From: a virus
Direction: 5' to 3' (one strand)
DNA length: 64,000 nt
IMG/VR virus record: IMGVR_UViG_3300032241_002083
Span: 25,717-89,716 of that record
Both the position numbers and the translations under genes were made by a program. Every line of letters starts with the position of its first letter. Positions within the stretch are counted from its first letter, which is position 1. The notes under the pieces were generated by a model that was not told the origin of the DNA, ran no database searches, and was given only the letters and a program-made list of their open reading frames with translations. Below, piece by piece: positions 42,036-53,814 of the stretch.

Positions 42036-45000
42036 TTAAGAAACATTTTTTGGTGGAATTTCTACTGGTGTGTATATTACAGGAGTGTCCACTATTAATG
42101 GTGCTGAATTCACAACTACTGGTATACATTCTTTATAATATTCAATATCCCAATTGGATTTGAAAATAAACATATCTTGAGTTGTGTAACCAAATTCGTC
42201 TAACATAGGATAAATTGATTTTAAGTTGGCAGAATTTTTTAATTTTAATTGACTGCCATTTCTATTTACCTTTGATTGTATAACTTCTTTTGCTATACCA
42301 AAATTTGTAAGTTCGGTGTCAAAAATGGTATTCGAATAAGAAAGACCTTTTTTGAATAAATCGATTGTTAAAAATATAGGATCATAATAACCACTATGTC
42401 TGAATAAATTGTTATAAATTTGGTTTGTTATGCCAGAATAATTTGGAATAACTTGTGGATCCACTGTATTTTTTTCTATTGTATTGGCTAAATCTAAATT
42501 GTTATAATAATTTCTTTTACTAAAACTTGGAAGTTCCGTAGCATTGAGTGTTAATGTAGGTTTTAATTGATTTTGAGTTAATGTAACCGAAGTTTTGATT
42601 AATGATTCTAAACGACTATTTAGCGAATCGGGAAAATCAATACTTAGTATAGTTTCTAAATTAACAAAAGAAGTTATTTGTGAAAAATCATAAATATAAC
42701 TACCAGATTGATTAATTATAATATATTTAATTTTATTAACAAAACCATAGTTATTTTCTACATCATTTACAGCATTTATAAAATTATTAGCAGTTAAATT
42801 TACATATAAATCATTATATAGATTGTCTCTTTCTGTATTTGACAAATTTGACAATGTGTTGTCATTAATATAAATATTTATAAGTATATTTTTAAATACA
42901 TTATTTACAAAAATACAAATACCATTATCCATGGTTGAATTTCCGAGATTGGATGTGCATAAATAATATCTATTATTATAAAAAATCAAATTATTATTAT
43001 CTATTGTTGAATTATAAATAGTATTTGTATTTGCTACAAATGAATATATTTGAGTCCAATTTATAGTTGAATCTGGTGTGACTCCTATTGCTGGAACTGC
43101 ATTTGCGTAATATAATACGTTATTATAAACAACTAAATTATTTATATAATAAATATCATATGGATCCCATAAATTAATTAGATTCCATTGCGTTGTCGGT
43201 GAACCATATGAATCTACAAAATCAATTTTATTCCAATAGTTATAATTATTTCCTAAATTATCTTGCCATGTATGATTTTGTGTTGGTAAATAATTATTTG
43301 GGTATGTTGTTGATTGCCAAACTTGATTTGTGTAAATTACTATACTTCCAGTCGCATATGTTGTGTTAGGTATGTAGAATGTATTATTGTTGCCTATAAA
43401 TAATCCATTATTTGTATAATATTCTCCTGAGTTATAAACTAAATTACTAAGTGTTCCACTACCTAAATAATTTGAATAAGTATTCAACGGCGAAAAGAAT
43501 AATGTATTAGTTGTTGAGTATGTCCAATCAGAGCTATTAGATGGATTATAATTTGGATCTTCGATGAAGGAATTAGTTAAAGAAATAAATAAAATTTCAT
43601 TATAATTAACTATATCACCTAAATCATATTCCTTTTCTATTTTCCAATTATCAATAATAATCCATTGTAACGTATTTGTTGAATATGTCCAAGTTAATAT
43701 GTTTTGGTTAGAAATATCTTCAAATATTGTCCAATTATTTTTTGACATCAAAATTGAAAATTTATAATCATCATAAGTATTATTATTTGTTACATTAATA
43801 GAATTTATTAATCCATTTGATTCTTTTATACTGCTAACATCATACGCCTTTATTTTTAATCCATTAAATAAAGTAATATTTGGTATATCTGCGTCTCCTG
43901 TATTAAAATAAGAAAATTTACTTATATTTTCGAGTATAGTTGAATTATTTCTATAAATTTTTCTATCAAAGAACAAGCTAAAATAGTCTTGGTTTAAATT
44001 TAAATATGATAATATATCAAAGTTATAATCTTGTATTATTGAATTATTTTGTATTTCCTCTATATGTAAACTATGGTAAAACCAACTAGCAGTTGAAGAA
44101 TTTATTGAATAGAAATATTCTAAATTTCTTCCTATTTTTTGTGGATAAATTGCAAAATTATCCGCGGTTTTATTATTTATTTCGGAAATAAATGAATTAT
44201 TTAGATAATAAGGATATTCATTTGTTGATAGAGAGTTTTTAAATCCCCATTTAACATAAATGCTATTTTTATTCCATAACCCATTTAAATCATATGAATT
44301 ATTTTGATTCGGTATAATTCTAAAAAGTTCACTATTTGCCGTATAATGTGACGAAGCTGGTATGCTAGTAACAGCATTGTTTATAGTGAATTCAGCTTTT
44401 GGTTTAGGATAATAATTACTTGCTAAATCAGTTAAATACATTTTAGGCTCATCTGTTTGTGTTACTATATTTTCTATCTCATATTGATGATATGTAAACT
44501 TAGTTTCAACTATTGTTTCATCAAATTGTTTAATTTCTGTAAATTGTAATTTATAAATTGGAAAAGATATTGGATTTATTTTGCCGCTAGTATTTGGTAT
44601 TATATTACTAGATGTCCAGCTATTACCTGTTGTTAAGTCTATTGTAGTGTTATAGCTAGGATCTGGATAATTTATATAATAATTTAATGTTGAAGAATTT
44701 ACAGTAAATGCATAATCTGTGTAAATATAATAATCACCATTACTAAATTGTAATGTATGATATTTATCACCAATTTTTATTAGCCATATATCTGCACTAC
44801 AAAAATCATCTATGACAAATGAGTTTCCATTAGCATAGGTAATTTTATTATTTGAATCTATATTTACAATATTTTTATTAATAAGTGATTGCTGTCCACT
44901 TAAATCTATATCACTCAATATTACCCATTGATTAGTTTCAAATCCTGCAATATTAATAGGAACATTTATAACTTCATATATTATTCCTTTTATTTCAATA

Positions 45001-45974
45001 AAAATTTGATCTTGTTTTAATGTGGCGTCACTAAATGGTTTGTTAAAAGTAGAGGTTAGTATATTACCTGGTAGTATTTCAGCATCGGAAACTACAATTG
45101 AAGTTAAGAAAGTTGTCACGCTAATGCTGTAAATCATATCGTCTAAATAAAATCCTGCGTATCTATTTATGCTCCATGTTCTGAGAGAAGTTGCTGTTGC
45201 CGGTGTGTCATTAAATAAAAAATTAAGATTAAATATATTTGGATAAATTATATTATTATTTTTGAAACCATCAAAAATAAACTTTTCTAAATCATTAAAG
45301 GTATTCTCATATTCCAAGACATCATCAAAATAATATGGAACCTTAGTCCAGAGTCCTTTGCTGTAGTCTATACCATTCCAATATGAAAATTCAAGTCCTC
45401 TAAAGTCCATTTCAAAACCACTATTCGGAAATGAATTATTATTTGTAATATTATTTGTTAGCCATTTACCTAATTGAGAGTTTGTTGTTAAATCGAATAA
45501 TGTTACAACCTTTAAATTTGATAAAAATTGAGTTTTAAAATTATCTTTTGTTAGTGGTATTACCCCTGGTCCATCAAGCCTAAAAATAACAAAATATTTT
45601 GGTAATCCTGTTTTTGAAAAATATATAGGAGCAAAATATTCAAAATCCTCATTATAAAATTTATTATCTGTAATATTATTTGAGCCAGAAATGTATAAAT
45701 CATCAATTTGATTATCAAAAGAATCATACATTATAGTTGCATCATCTTTATTAGAAATAAAGAAAACATTTTCTGCTGAAAGTCCATTGTAAAAATTTTC
45801 GATAAGAGTATCATAATTCGAATCTGAACTAAAACCAAAATTCTTAAAGTTATTATTTGACAAAATACTATTACTATCAATGCTATCTAAATAAAGATTG
45901 CCATTTGAATCAATTGTTATTTGTACATTTGAGCTTAAGCCAACATTTGTTTTTAGTAGTGAAAATGATTTCAT
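42036..45974 (-). CDS. 1312-aa putative virion protein with CBM5/12-like W..Y..GD.V.Y repeats
   Basis: WKIEKEYDLGDIVNYN, YATGSIVIYTNQVW, WDPYDIYYINNLVVYNN. Confidence 0.6.
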   Translation of the reverse strand: MKSFSLLKTNVGLSSNVQITIDSNGNLYLDSIDSNSILSNNNFKNFGFSSDSNYDTLIENFYNGLSAENVFFISNKDDATIMYDSFDNQIDDLYISGSNNITDNKFYNEDFEYFAPIYFSKTGLPKYFVIFRLDGPGVIPLTKDNFKTQFLSNLKVVTLFDLTTNSQLGKWLTNNITNNNSFPNSGFEMDFRGLEFSYWNGIDYSKGLWTKVPYYFDDVLEYENTFNDLEKFIFDGFKNNNIIYPNIFNLNFLFNDTPATATSLRTWSINRYAGFYLDDMIYSISVTTFLTSIVVSDAEILPGNILTSTFNKPFSDATLKQDQIFIEIKGIIYEVINVPINIAGFETNQWVILSDIDLSGQQSLINKNIVNIDSNNKITYANGNSFVIDDFCSADIWLIKIGDKYHTLQFSNGDYYIYTDYAFTVNSSTLNYYINYPDPSYNTTIDLTTGNSWTSSNIIPNTSGKINPISFPIYKLQFTEIKQFDETIVETKFTYHQYEIENIVTQTDEPKMYLTDLASNYYPKPKAEFTINNAVTSIPASSHYTANSELFRIIPNQNNSYDLNGLWNKNSIYVKWGFKNSLSTNEYPYYLNNSFISEINNKTADNFAIYPQKIGRNLEYFYSINSSTASWFYHSLHIEEIQNNSIIQDYNFDILSYLNLNQDYFSLFFDRKIYRNNSTILENISKFSYFNTGDADIPNITLFNGLKIKAYDVSSIKESNGLINSINVTNNNTYDDYKFSILMSKNNWTIFEDISNQNILTWTYSTNTLQWIIIDNWKIEKEYDLGDIVNYNEILFISLTNSFIEDPNYNPSNSSDWTYSTTNTLFFSPLNTYSNYLGSGTLSNLVYNSGEYYTNNGLFIGNNNTFYIPNTTYATGSIVIYTNQVWQSTTYPNNYLPTQNHTWQDNLGNNYNYWNKIDFVDSYGSPTTQWNLINLWDPYDIYYINNLVVYNNVLYYANAVPAIGVTPDSTINWTQIYSFVANTNTIYNSTIDNNNLIFYNNRYYLCTSNLGNSTMDNGICIFVNNVFKNILINIYINDNTLSNLSNTERDNLYNDLYVNLTANNFINAVNDVENNYGFVNKIKYIIINQSGSYIYDFSQITSFVNLETILSIDFPDSLNSRLESLIKTSVTLTQNQLKPTLTLNATELPSFSKRNYYNNLDLANTIEKNTVDPQVIPNYSGITNQIYNNLFRHSGYYDPIFLTIDLFKKGLSYSNTIFDTELTNFGIAKEVIQSKVNRNGSQLKLKNSANLKSIYPMLDEFGYTTQDMFIFKSNWDIEYYKECIPVVVNSAPLIVDTPVIYTPVEIPPKNVS

Positions 45975-45988
45975 TTTTAATTATTATT

Positions 45989-48900
45989 TTATAATCCACT
46001 TACTATACCGGGATTTACCACATTTAATAATGGACTACCAGCTACTGGAATATTATTTTTAATACCTGTTGTATTAATTCTATTGAATCTAAAAGTAAGC
46101 GTAAATTGTATAGGCTGACTCGCAGAGTCTATTTGAAGATAAAATTTAAGATATTTTGTATGTGTTTGATTTTGAGTAACACCATTTAGATTTATATATT
46201 GATAATTTGCTCCTGTTTTAGTGTTGTCTAAAGCATTCATTTTAAAGTAAATATTAATTGGAACAGTTACAGTATTTACAGTTGTTAAATTATGAACATA
46301 CTTACCGGAACTTTGATATGAAGTATCAACTAAATCAGTCAACTCAGCCACAACTGGGTGAATAGTTGTTAACAATTTATTTTGCGAGGAAACAGATGAA
46401 GATGTATCTATCCATTTTGTAGTATCCAACAATGATTTATTGTTATTAACAAATTGTAGTATAGAATTTTGTGCAAAACCTAAATTATATTGTGTTGAAG
46501 ATAAAACATTTGTTATAGAATTTGAATTATTTGCTATAAAAGAATTCCCAATATCTTGGCTATACGCCGTCACACTTGTCGAATTTACGGATCCAAAATT
46601 AATGTTCCAAAAAAATTGATTATCTAATTGTGTTTGAGAAATACCAGATGTATCATTAGTAATCAAATTATCAGTATCATCTACCCAAAATACTTGCGGA
46701 ACTGTTGGATTATAAATAGTAGAGCTATTATTTAGATATGTTAAATTTGATAATAAACCAAGTGAGGTATTGGGTGTTATATTGGATATATTTATAAAAA
46801 AATCTTTTATAATGTAAATATTATTAGCATAAACTCTTCCAGATGGAACTCCTGGTGCTGTATATTCAGTGCAATAATCTTCACAGTTGATTATAAATGT
46901 TGATAATTGTTTATTTGTGCTGTTTATTGGTATATCATAAGCGGTGTTGTTTCTATAAAGAGTAATCTTAAGAGTTCCTTGTGCTTTTGATATTTGTGCT
47001 TGTAAATCAGATATAGTATTTGCTAAATTAGTTAAATATTGATAAAGATCGATAGCATTGCCACTAGAATCTTTAAATCCTGATAAAATAACATCTGTAT
47101 TTAAAAAATAAGTATTATTATTTACAGTTGTTTTTTGTGATAATAATTGATTTAGACCTTGATTATTTAAAGTTTGCAAAACATCATTTTTTGCATTATC
47201 TATCATAGAATTTGTAATAATATTCTGAGCGTTTTCATAAGAATTTAATAAACTATTAGGAAAACTTATACTAATAATATTAGACCAATCTGAATAAAGA
47301 GGAGAATCTGGAAATCCAACTTCAGAAATTGAACGTATTCTTATTTGCACAGTTTCATTAGGTAAAATAGGAATACTAAGTTGATTTATATCTATATTGC
47401 CGGCATTGTTTTGATCAGGGATAACCCAACTAAAAGTATTTGTAGAATCATCAAATGTTCTTTCAGCGGCTATAGTAGGTAAATTTTGCCAATTAGAAAA
47501 TATAGCGGTCGAACTTGAATTTGTATTTACTGAAGTATCATATAACTTAAAAGTTAAAGGAGCAGTTTCTGATCCATCAGCAGATAATAATTTATATTCA
47601 ACATCGAATTTAACTATTTGTTGTGGCTTTCCAACTGCCTGTGAAGCATTGGAAAAAGTAGGAACAACAGGCGCTGGTATAGTCCAAAATCCCCTAACTG
47701 CATATTCTGGTGTAACATTAGGTGCTGTATTTGAACTAGCTAATATTTGATTATTAATACTTGTTTTTTGAGCAGCAACCATATTATATTTAGATTGTAA
47801 ATTAATTAAATCATTATTAGCTTTTTGTCTATCGGCTGGTGTTGTAAAACGAGTGACTTGTATTTGTTTATTTTTTGATTCAATAGCGGCTGAAATTTGA
47901 GTAAGTTGAGAGTCTAGTTGTGCAACTTGTGATGCTTGTGATTTTAAAACATTAATATTCTGACTATTTGTTAAATGCAAATTAGTTTGTACCACCTGAA
48001 AATTATTGACATTTAATATAGGTGCAGTAGGAGTTATACCTTCTCTTAATGGAACATTCTTATTTACTAAATCTTCCAAGGCTGAACCATAATCTGTCAC
48101 CACAGAATTATAATATTGAAGCATAGAAAGACCATTATAATTATCGGAAGAAATCAAATTTAAATTATTACTCCAAAATGCTATACCAGAACTCCAGTTT
48201 TTACTTATAATATTATTCGTAGTATTTAAAGATTTTAAAAATATAACAGCATACTCATTATATCCTATTGGTATATTTACACTTCTATCCGTTAAAATAA
48301 CTGAATAGAATTTTAAACCATTAATTATATTAATCGGAACTGGTTGATTTCCTGTAACTGCTGTCAGTTGAACGCGGAAGTCAGAAGCGGATGTTGAAAT
48401 ATTTACTACCTGATAAATAGTGTTTGAATTAACAGTGTTAATAATTAACGAATCTCCTAAAGCTAAAGTTTTAGTAAGTCCCGATAATAAATCTGTATAG
48501 TCCAAAGTGTTAAAATAATACCATAAAATATTATTATTATCAATTGCTGCTTTTAAAACTGTGAATAATCCAGAATATTGTAATTGATTTGGATTTAATT
48601 GAATTGTTTCTTGTTTATACTCAGGATTCCCAGGTAGTAAAATACCAGGAGTTGTTGATTGCCAAATTAAAAAATCGTTCAACACAATATTAGTTTGTCC
48701 ATTATAAGTTGAGTTAAATGAACTTAAAGCAGAATTACCTGCTGATGTCAAATTTCCATTTATATCAGTTTCAAATCCAATTAAATATTTTATGTATAAA
48801 ATTTCTCTAGTATCATTATCAATTTTGCCAGTTAAGTCAATATTTATAAACAATTCAGGATCCATTAAATTATCAACTATGTAATTTCTTTCGGAAACAA

Positions 48901-49249
48901 AATTTGTTGGAATACTAAGTCCCGAAATATCTGCTGGTTCTAAATTTAAATCAACTGTTATAATTCTTTGAAAGCTATTTGGGCCAGTTTGTATAATTGA
49001 GCCATTATTATTTAATCCATATAAAGTATTAACATTATTGGTCAATATTTTAATTTGATTTAGTAGATTAGAAAAAGATGGCACACTCACATATTGTAAA
49101 TTACCTGCTGAATCAGTTATCGTTAAATTCAAAGTAGCTTGTGTTGTTGTAGCTAATGAATTTATTTGTTCAAGAATTTGAACCACATTATTATTGTAAT
49201 TTATTATTTGCTCGGCGACAGTATGATACGAATTATAAGTATTTGGCAT
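45989..49249 (-). CDS. Large putative virion protein with central coiled coil and Fn3-like segment
   Basis: Start MPNTYNS after TTTAATATATA motif; coiled coil LKSQASQVAQLDSQL; IRIRSISE.G.....SDWS. Confidence 0.55.
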   Translation of the reverse strand: MPNTYNSYHTVAEQIINYNNNVVQILEQINSLATTTQATLNLTITDSAGNLQYVSVPSFSNLLNQIKILTNNVNTLYGLNNNGSIIQTGPNSFQRIITVDLNLEPADISGLSIPTNFVSERNYIVDNLMDPELFINIDLTGKIDNDTREILYIKYLIGFETDINGNLTSAGNSALSSFNSTYNGQTNIVLNDFLIWQSTTPGILLPGNPEYKQETIQLNPNQLQYSGLFTVLKAAIDNNNILWYYFNTLDYTDLLSGLTKTLALGDSLIINTVNSNTIYQVVNISTSASDFRVQLTAVTGNQPVPINIINGLKFYSVILTDRSVNIPIGYNEYAVIFLKSLNTTNNIISKNWSSGIAFWSNNLNLISSDNYNGLSMLQYYNSVVTDYGSALEDLVNKNVPLREGITPTAPILNVNNFQVVQTNLHLTNSQNINVLKSQASQVAQLDSQLTQISAAIESKNKQIQVTRFTTPADRQKANNDLINLQSKYNMVAAQKTSINNQILASSNTAPNVTPEYAVRGFWTIPAPVVPTFSNASQAVGKPQQIVKFDVEYKLLSADGSETAPLTFKLYDTSVNTNSSSTAIFSNWQNLPTIAAERTFDDSTNTFSWVIPDQNNAGNIDINQLSIPILPNETVQIRIRSISEVGFPDSPLYSDWSNIISISFPNSLLNSYENAQNIITNSMIDNAKNDVLQTLNNQGLNQLLSQKTTVNNNTYFLNTDVILSGFKDSSGNAIDLYQYLTNLANTISDLQAQISKAQGTLKITLYRNNTAYDIPINSTNKQLSTFIINCEDYCTEYTAPGVPSGRVYANNIYIIKDFFINISNITPNTSLGLLSNLTYLNNSSTIYNPTVPQVFWVDDTDNLITNDTSGISQTQLDNQFFWNINFGSVNSTSVTAYSQDIGNSFIANNSNSITNVLSSTQYNLGFAQNSILQFVNNNKSLLDTTKWIDTSSSVSSQNKLLTTIHPVVAELTDLVDTSYQSSGKYVHNLTTVNTVTVPINIYFKMNALDNTKTGANYQYINLNGVTQNQTHTKYLKFYLQIDSASQPIQFTLTFRFNRINTTGIKNNIPVAGSPLLNVVNPGIVSGL

Positions 49250-49346
49250 CTTAAAATATATGTTTTTATTATATATTAAATCTTTTAGTTTTCTAAAAAT
49301 AATTTTGAAAATCAATTTTTTTGCTTATTTTTGTCAAAAATTTTTT

Positions 49347-51203
49347 ATGAATATTATAGACAATCTTGTCGAACAACTTAAAATTTATAATCAGGCTTAT
49401 CGTTCTGGCGAATCTCTTATTTCTGATGTTGAATACGATTTACTCGTGGAACAATTAGAAGAATTGGATCCAAATAATCCATTCCTTGATACTGTTGGTA
49501 TTCAAATAGCAGATAAAGAAAGAGAAAGAAAACTTCCTATTCCTATGGCTTCTATGAATAAAGTTAAATCAATAGAAGAATTATATGATTGGGCAAGATT
49601 GAAAGGAATACCTTTAACTACATTGGTAATATTAACCCCTAAATTTGATGGACTTTCTTTATGTGTTGATGAAATAAAAGATAAAGCAACTACAAGAGGT
49701 GATGGTAAAATGGGTCAAGCATCTGATGAACATTATAAATTAATAACAAATCATCTTAAAAAGGATGTAGTTTTTTCTCCATTTTTTGCTTTCACCTACG
49801 GCGAAGTCATGATGTCTAAATCAAATTTCAACCAAAAATATGCTATTAATTTTGCTAACCCAAGAAATTTTGTTGCTGGTTTAATTAATAACAAACAAGC
49901 AACAGAGCCACTCAAAGATACTGCGTTTATAAAATATGGAGGTATATTAAAAACAGAATTTTCTGATAAATTTTTCTTAAAACACGAAATTTTAAATGCT
50001 TTAAATAACTGTCAGGAAATACAAGTTCCATTTATAGGCACTACTATTGGCGATTTAACAGAAGATTTTTTAGTTAAAACATTTAAAGAGTGGTCTATTG
50101 AATATGAAATAGATGGTATAATTATTGAAATAGATGATTTAAAATTACAAGAAAAACTTGGACGTGAGCGTTCTGGTAATCCTTGTTGGGCAAGAGCGTT
50201 TAAATCTCCTAAATTTGAGCAATCAGCAATCACAACTATTACTGGTATAACTTGGAATATATCAAAACAAGGTTATTTAAAGCCTACTTTGCATATTGAG
50301 CCTGTTAGATTAGATGGAGTAACTGTATCAAATGTTACAGGTAATAATGCTCGTTTTGTAAAAGATATGGGTCTTGGTATAGGTGCTAAAATTCGTGTAG
50401 TTCGTTCTGGCATGGTTATTCCTCTTGTAAAAGAAGTTATTGAACCAGTTGAATTCCAAATGCCAGATATACAAAATATCGGCTGGAATGAAAATGAGGT
50501 TGAATTAATGACTTTAACTGAAACCGACGAACAAAAATTTAAACAATTAGTTTCTTTCTTTGAGATTTTAGAAGTTGAAAATGCCGGTGAAGGAGTATTT
50601 TCTCAACTCTGGGATGCTGGTTATAAAACGGTTAAACAAATTTTAGAATTGAAACCTTCTGATATGGAAAGATTAGAAGGTTTCGGTAAGCGTAAAGCAG
50701 AAATAGTTTATAATGCTATTCAATCTAAAATTAAAGATGTGCAGCTTTCTAAACTACAACATGCAAGTAATTTGTATAAGGGTTTGGGCTCCAAAAAGCT
50801 AGCTCTTTTAGAACAATTTGGTTATGAAGATAAGCCAAATATAGAAGATATTTTAAAAATTCAAGGATTTTCAAATATATCTGCTATTTCATATCTGGAA
50901 GCATTTGATAAATTTAAAATCTTCATAAAAGATTTGCCTTTAACCATAAATAAGAAAGAAATCGTTAAATACTCGGATTCTTTGGAAGGTAAATCTTTTT
51001 GTTTTACGGGAGTAAGACGACAAGATTTGGAAACTATTATAGAAGAAAATGGCGGCAAAGTAGCTTCTGGTGTTTCCAGAAACTTAACATATCTTATCTG
51101 CAAGGATAAAAACTCTGGTTCATCTAAATTAGTTAAGGCAGAAAAATTGGGTGTAATATTATTTGATATAGAAGAATTGGAAAAATTTTTAGAAAAGGTA
51201 TAA
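49347..51203 (+). CDS. ligA: NAD-dependent DNA ligase
   Basis: Y..G...ISD.EYD, PKFDGLS, TRGDG..G, NPRN, IDGIII, OB fold, HhH, BRCT (FCFTG...GG.V..GVS). Confidence 0.95.
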   Translation: MNIIDNLVEQLKIYNQAYRSGESLISDVEYDLLVEQLEELDPNNPFLDTVGIQIADKERERKLPIPMASMNKVKSIEELYDWARLKGIPLTTLVILTPKFDGLSLCVDEIKDKATTRGDGKMGQASDEHYKLITNHLKKDVVFSPFFAFTYGEVMMSKSNFNQKYAINFANPRNFVAGLINNKQATEPLKDTAFIKYGGILKTEFSDKFFLKHEILNALNNCQEIQVPFIGTTIGDLTEDFLVKTFKEWSIEYEIDGIIIEIDDLKLQEKLGRERSGNPCWARAFKSPKFEQSAITTITGITWNISKQGYLKPTLHIEPVRLDGVTVSNVTGNNARFVKDMGLGIGAKIRVVRSGMVIPLVKEVIEPVEFQMPDIQNIGWNENEVELMTLTETDEQKFKQLVSFFEILEVENAGEGVFSQLWDAGYKTVKQILELKPSDMERLEGFGKRKAEIVYNAIQSKIKDVQLSKLQHASNLYKGLGSKKLALLEQFGYEDKPNIEDILKIQGFSNISAISYLEAFDKFKIFIKDLPLTINKKEIVKYSDSLEGKSFCFTGVRRQDLETIIEENGGKVASGVSRNLTYLICKDKNSGSSKLVKAEKLGVILFDIEELEKFLEKV

Positions 51204-51909
51204 TTATACCTTTTCTAAAAATTCCCAAATAAAGCCATAGCTTTTACCATATTTGCTATATGATTTATTACATGCTCTTGAAATACAAGACCTATCAAAT
51301 TTATAATAATTTGCCGCTTCTGCTATTGACTCCCATATTCTTATAAATTGACCATCTAATGATTTCTGGATTACTTGTTTTCTTTGGTCAATTTTTTCCT
51401 TTAGTGGTTTAGGCATTTTATTATATTTTAATCCTCTGTGTCCGTTTCTTATATTTTCCTTTTGTTCGTTAGTGAGTTTTTTGCCTCTCTTTATAATACT
51501 CATTTTTTCTATACTTTCCTTACTATGTTTTTTCCCTTTAAATGGATGTCCATTATTTTTAAATGGTTTTTTACTGCTACACTTAATTTTTGTTTAGTAA
51601 TTTCTGATTTTTTATTTCCTTTCTTACCATAGGTGCTATTTCCACCAATAGATAAGTTGTAACCAATTTACAAATTATTCGAATTGTGTGTTTTATCCAA
51701 AAAATTTCTCTTTCGCACAATAAATTATTATCTATTTCCTCAATTATTTCTCTTACGAAATTTTCTAATACATATTTACTTATGGATTGTTTGAACAATT
51801 TACCACTTCCATAATAATTAGTTCTCATAAATTTATCTTTACTAAAAATTCTTTTTACAATATAAATTTTGCCATTTATTAAATTTGTTGTTTTATATAT
51901 CACTCCCAT
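51204..51909 (-). pseudogene. Frameshifted GIY-YIG homing endonuclease with NUMOD3/NUMOD1 tail
   Basis: VIYKTTNLINGKIYI..YYGSG..RE.FWI in one frame; LTNEQKENIR and W.SI.EAA...ISRAC..YGF.W in another. Confidence 0.75.
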
Positions 51910-52217
51910 CTTTATTAATTTTCTTTTTTAACCTCTGCTTGTATTTTAATTCATTTCTCTTACATCTAATGCAACAAAATCTTTTATTAGGTCTACCAGA
52001 AACTTCATTAACACAATTTCTATAATTACATTTTCTCATAGATTATATATTAAAAATCTGTCCTTCTTTTTTAATCTTTATTTCATAAAAAAATATATAA
52101 AAATTATTTGTTAAAATTTGTTAAATAAATAAATATGTAGTATCTTTATAAGATAAAAATAAATATACAAAATTTTTATAATTTGTTAAAAAATGTTAAA
52201 AATAATTTAAACTTTTT

Positions 52218-52244
52218 AAACTTTTTAATATCTATATTATATAA
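52218..52244 (+). promoter_or_regulatory. Putative ECF-sigma promoter AAACTT-N16-TATAA upstream of the sigma gene
   Basis: Same bipartite motif recurs before several genes (see findings). Confidence 0.45.
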
Positions 52245-52310
52245 TATATAATTAAGTTAAATTAATTTTTAACGAAATTTAATAGCAATTTATAAAAATT
52301 AACGGCAATT

Positions 52311-52922
52311 ATGGCAGAAAACACAACTACCCAACAAGAATTATTATTTAAACAACGCACTGGCGAATCCTTCGCTTATTTTTACGAAAAATTTTATCCA
52401 AGATTAGTTTACAACATTAATGGAATTACAAAAGATGAATATCTTGCAGAAGATGTAGCTACCGAAGCTTTCATCAAAGCATTTGAAAAAATTGATCAAT
52501 ATGAAAAAGGCAAAGCACAATTTTCAACTTGGCTATTTACAATAGCAAGACATTTGGCTCTTCAAGAAATCAAACAAGGTAAAAAGACCATGTCAATGGA
52601 TACTCAATTAGACGAAGAAGGCACAACTATGAAAGATTTTATTCAGGAAGAAACTAATAATGATGAATTCTTACACATTTTAAATAAAAAGAAAGCAGAA
52701 ATAATAAAGGATGAAATACCTAAATTAAAAGAACCATTACAAACGGTAATTCGTATGAGAGAAATTGATAAAATGCAATATAAAGATATTGCTGATGCAC
52801 TTGACCGCAATTTATCAACGGTTAAAAGTCAAATTAAAAAAGCAAGAGAAGTTTTGATTAAAGCCGTGGAGAAAAAATTCAAAGATCTAGAAGATAACTT
52901 AGAATTAGAAGAATTTTTTTAA
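52311..52922 (+). CDS. ECF-type RNA polymerase sigma factor
   Basis: Region 2 AEDVATEAFIKAF...FSTWLFTIARH; region 4 Y.DIA..L....STVKSQI..AR. Confidence 0.9.
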   Translation: MAENTTTQQELLFKQRTGESFAYFYEKFYPRLVYNINGITKDEYLAEDVATEAFIKAFEKIDQYEKGKAQFSTWLFTIARHLALQEIKQGKKTMSMDTQLDEEGTTMKDFIQEETNNDEFLHILNKKKAEIIKDEIPKLKEPLQTVIRMREIDKMQYKDIADALDRNLSTVKSQIKKAREVLIKAVEKKFKDLEDNLELEEFF

Positions 52923-52971
52923 TATAAAGTCCTCCATAACGAGGACTTTAACTTTTTTTAACTTTTTTGTT

Positions 52972-53002
52972 TTTGAATTTTCATCAAATTTTCGTATCTT
53001 TG
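52972..53002 (+). promoter_or_regulatory. Bacteroidota-type promoter
   Basis: TTTG-N19-TATCTTTG. Confidence 0.7.
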
Positions 53003-53009
53003 TCTTAAT

Positions 53010-53756
53010 ATGAAAAAGTTATTATTTCTTTGTTTTATCTCAAAAGCTGCTTTTGCATCTAATGATAGTTTGCGTAATGCAATTGCTATGCAGGGTAGTT
53101 ATACCTCCGGTAATTTTAATAATTATTCTCTCGGTTTAAGGACCGATAGTAAATTTACCAACCAATCTAATAATTTAGAATTTTCAACTATTGGTAAATT
53201 TACTAAAGTTAATTATATTCTAAGGGAAAAAGAAGCTTATTCAAATTTTACTTATTCATATACAAAAACAAATAAAAAAATTTTAATTTTTACAGAAAAC
53301 GAATCTTCTTATTTAAGAAAAATAAATTGGAGAGGCTCAATAGGTTTAGGATATGGATATAAGTTTATTAATAAAAAAGATAATTTATTTGAAATAAGTG
53401 AAGCTTTGATGCCTGAAAGAATTAATTTTAATTATAGTCCTAAATTAGATTCGTTGAATTTCATAAATTTAACATCAGTTAGATTATCTACTAAATTAAA
53501 ATTAATTTTAACCAAATCTAATTTTAAATTTTCTTTTATAACTTTAATTCAACCTCCTATCTGGAATTCTATAAATATAGGATGGTCAGATAATATGATT
53601 ATTAGAAATTCGACATCTATAAGTGTTTTAATTACTAAATCTTTACAATTAGGTATTGTTAATGATTATGTAATGAATACATACCCAGCAAATGTTTTAC
53701 ATATAAAAAAGCCATATGATAATTCTATGAATTTTTTCATAAAGATGAATTTTTAA
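53010..53756 (+). CDS. Outer-membrane beta-barrel protein (DUF481-like)
   Basis: Signal peptide, G.YTSGN, G.GYGYKF, alternating strands, terminal Phe. Confidence 0.6.
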   Translation: MKKLLFLCFISKAAFASNDSLRNAIAMQGSYTSGNFNNYSLGLRTDSKFTNQSNNLEFSTIGKFTKVNYILREKEAYSNFTYSYTKTNKKILIFTENESSYLRKINWRGSIGLGYGYKFINKKDNLFEISEALMPERINFNYSPKLDSLNFINLTSVRLSTKLKLILTKSNFKFSFITLIQPPIWNSINIGWSDNMIIRNSTSISVLITKSLQLGIVNDYVMNTYPANVLHIKKPYDNSMNFFIKMNF

Positions 53757-53814
53757 ACTTTTTTATATGTAGAAAATATAATTAAAAATATAATTAAAAA
53801 TAAACAATAGACGT

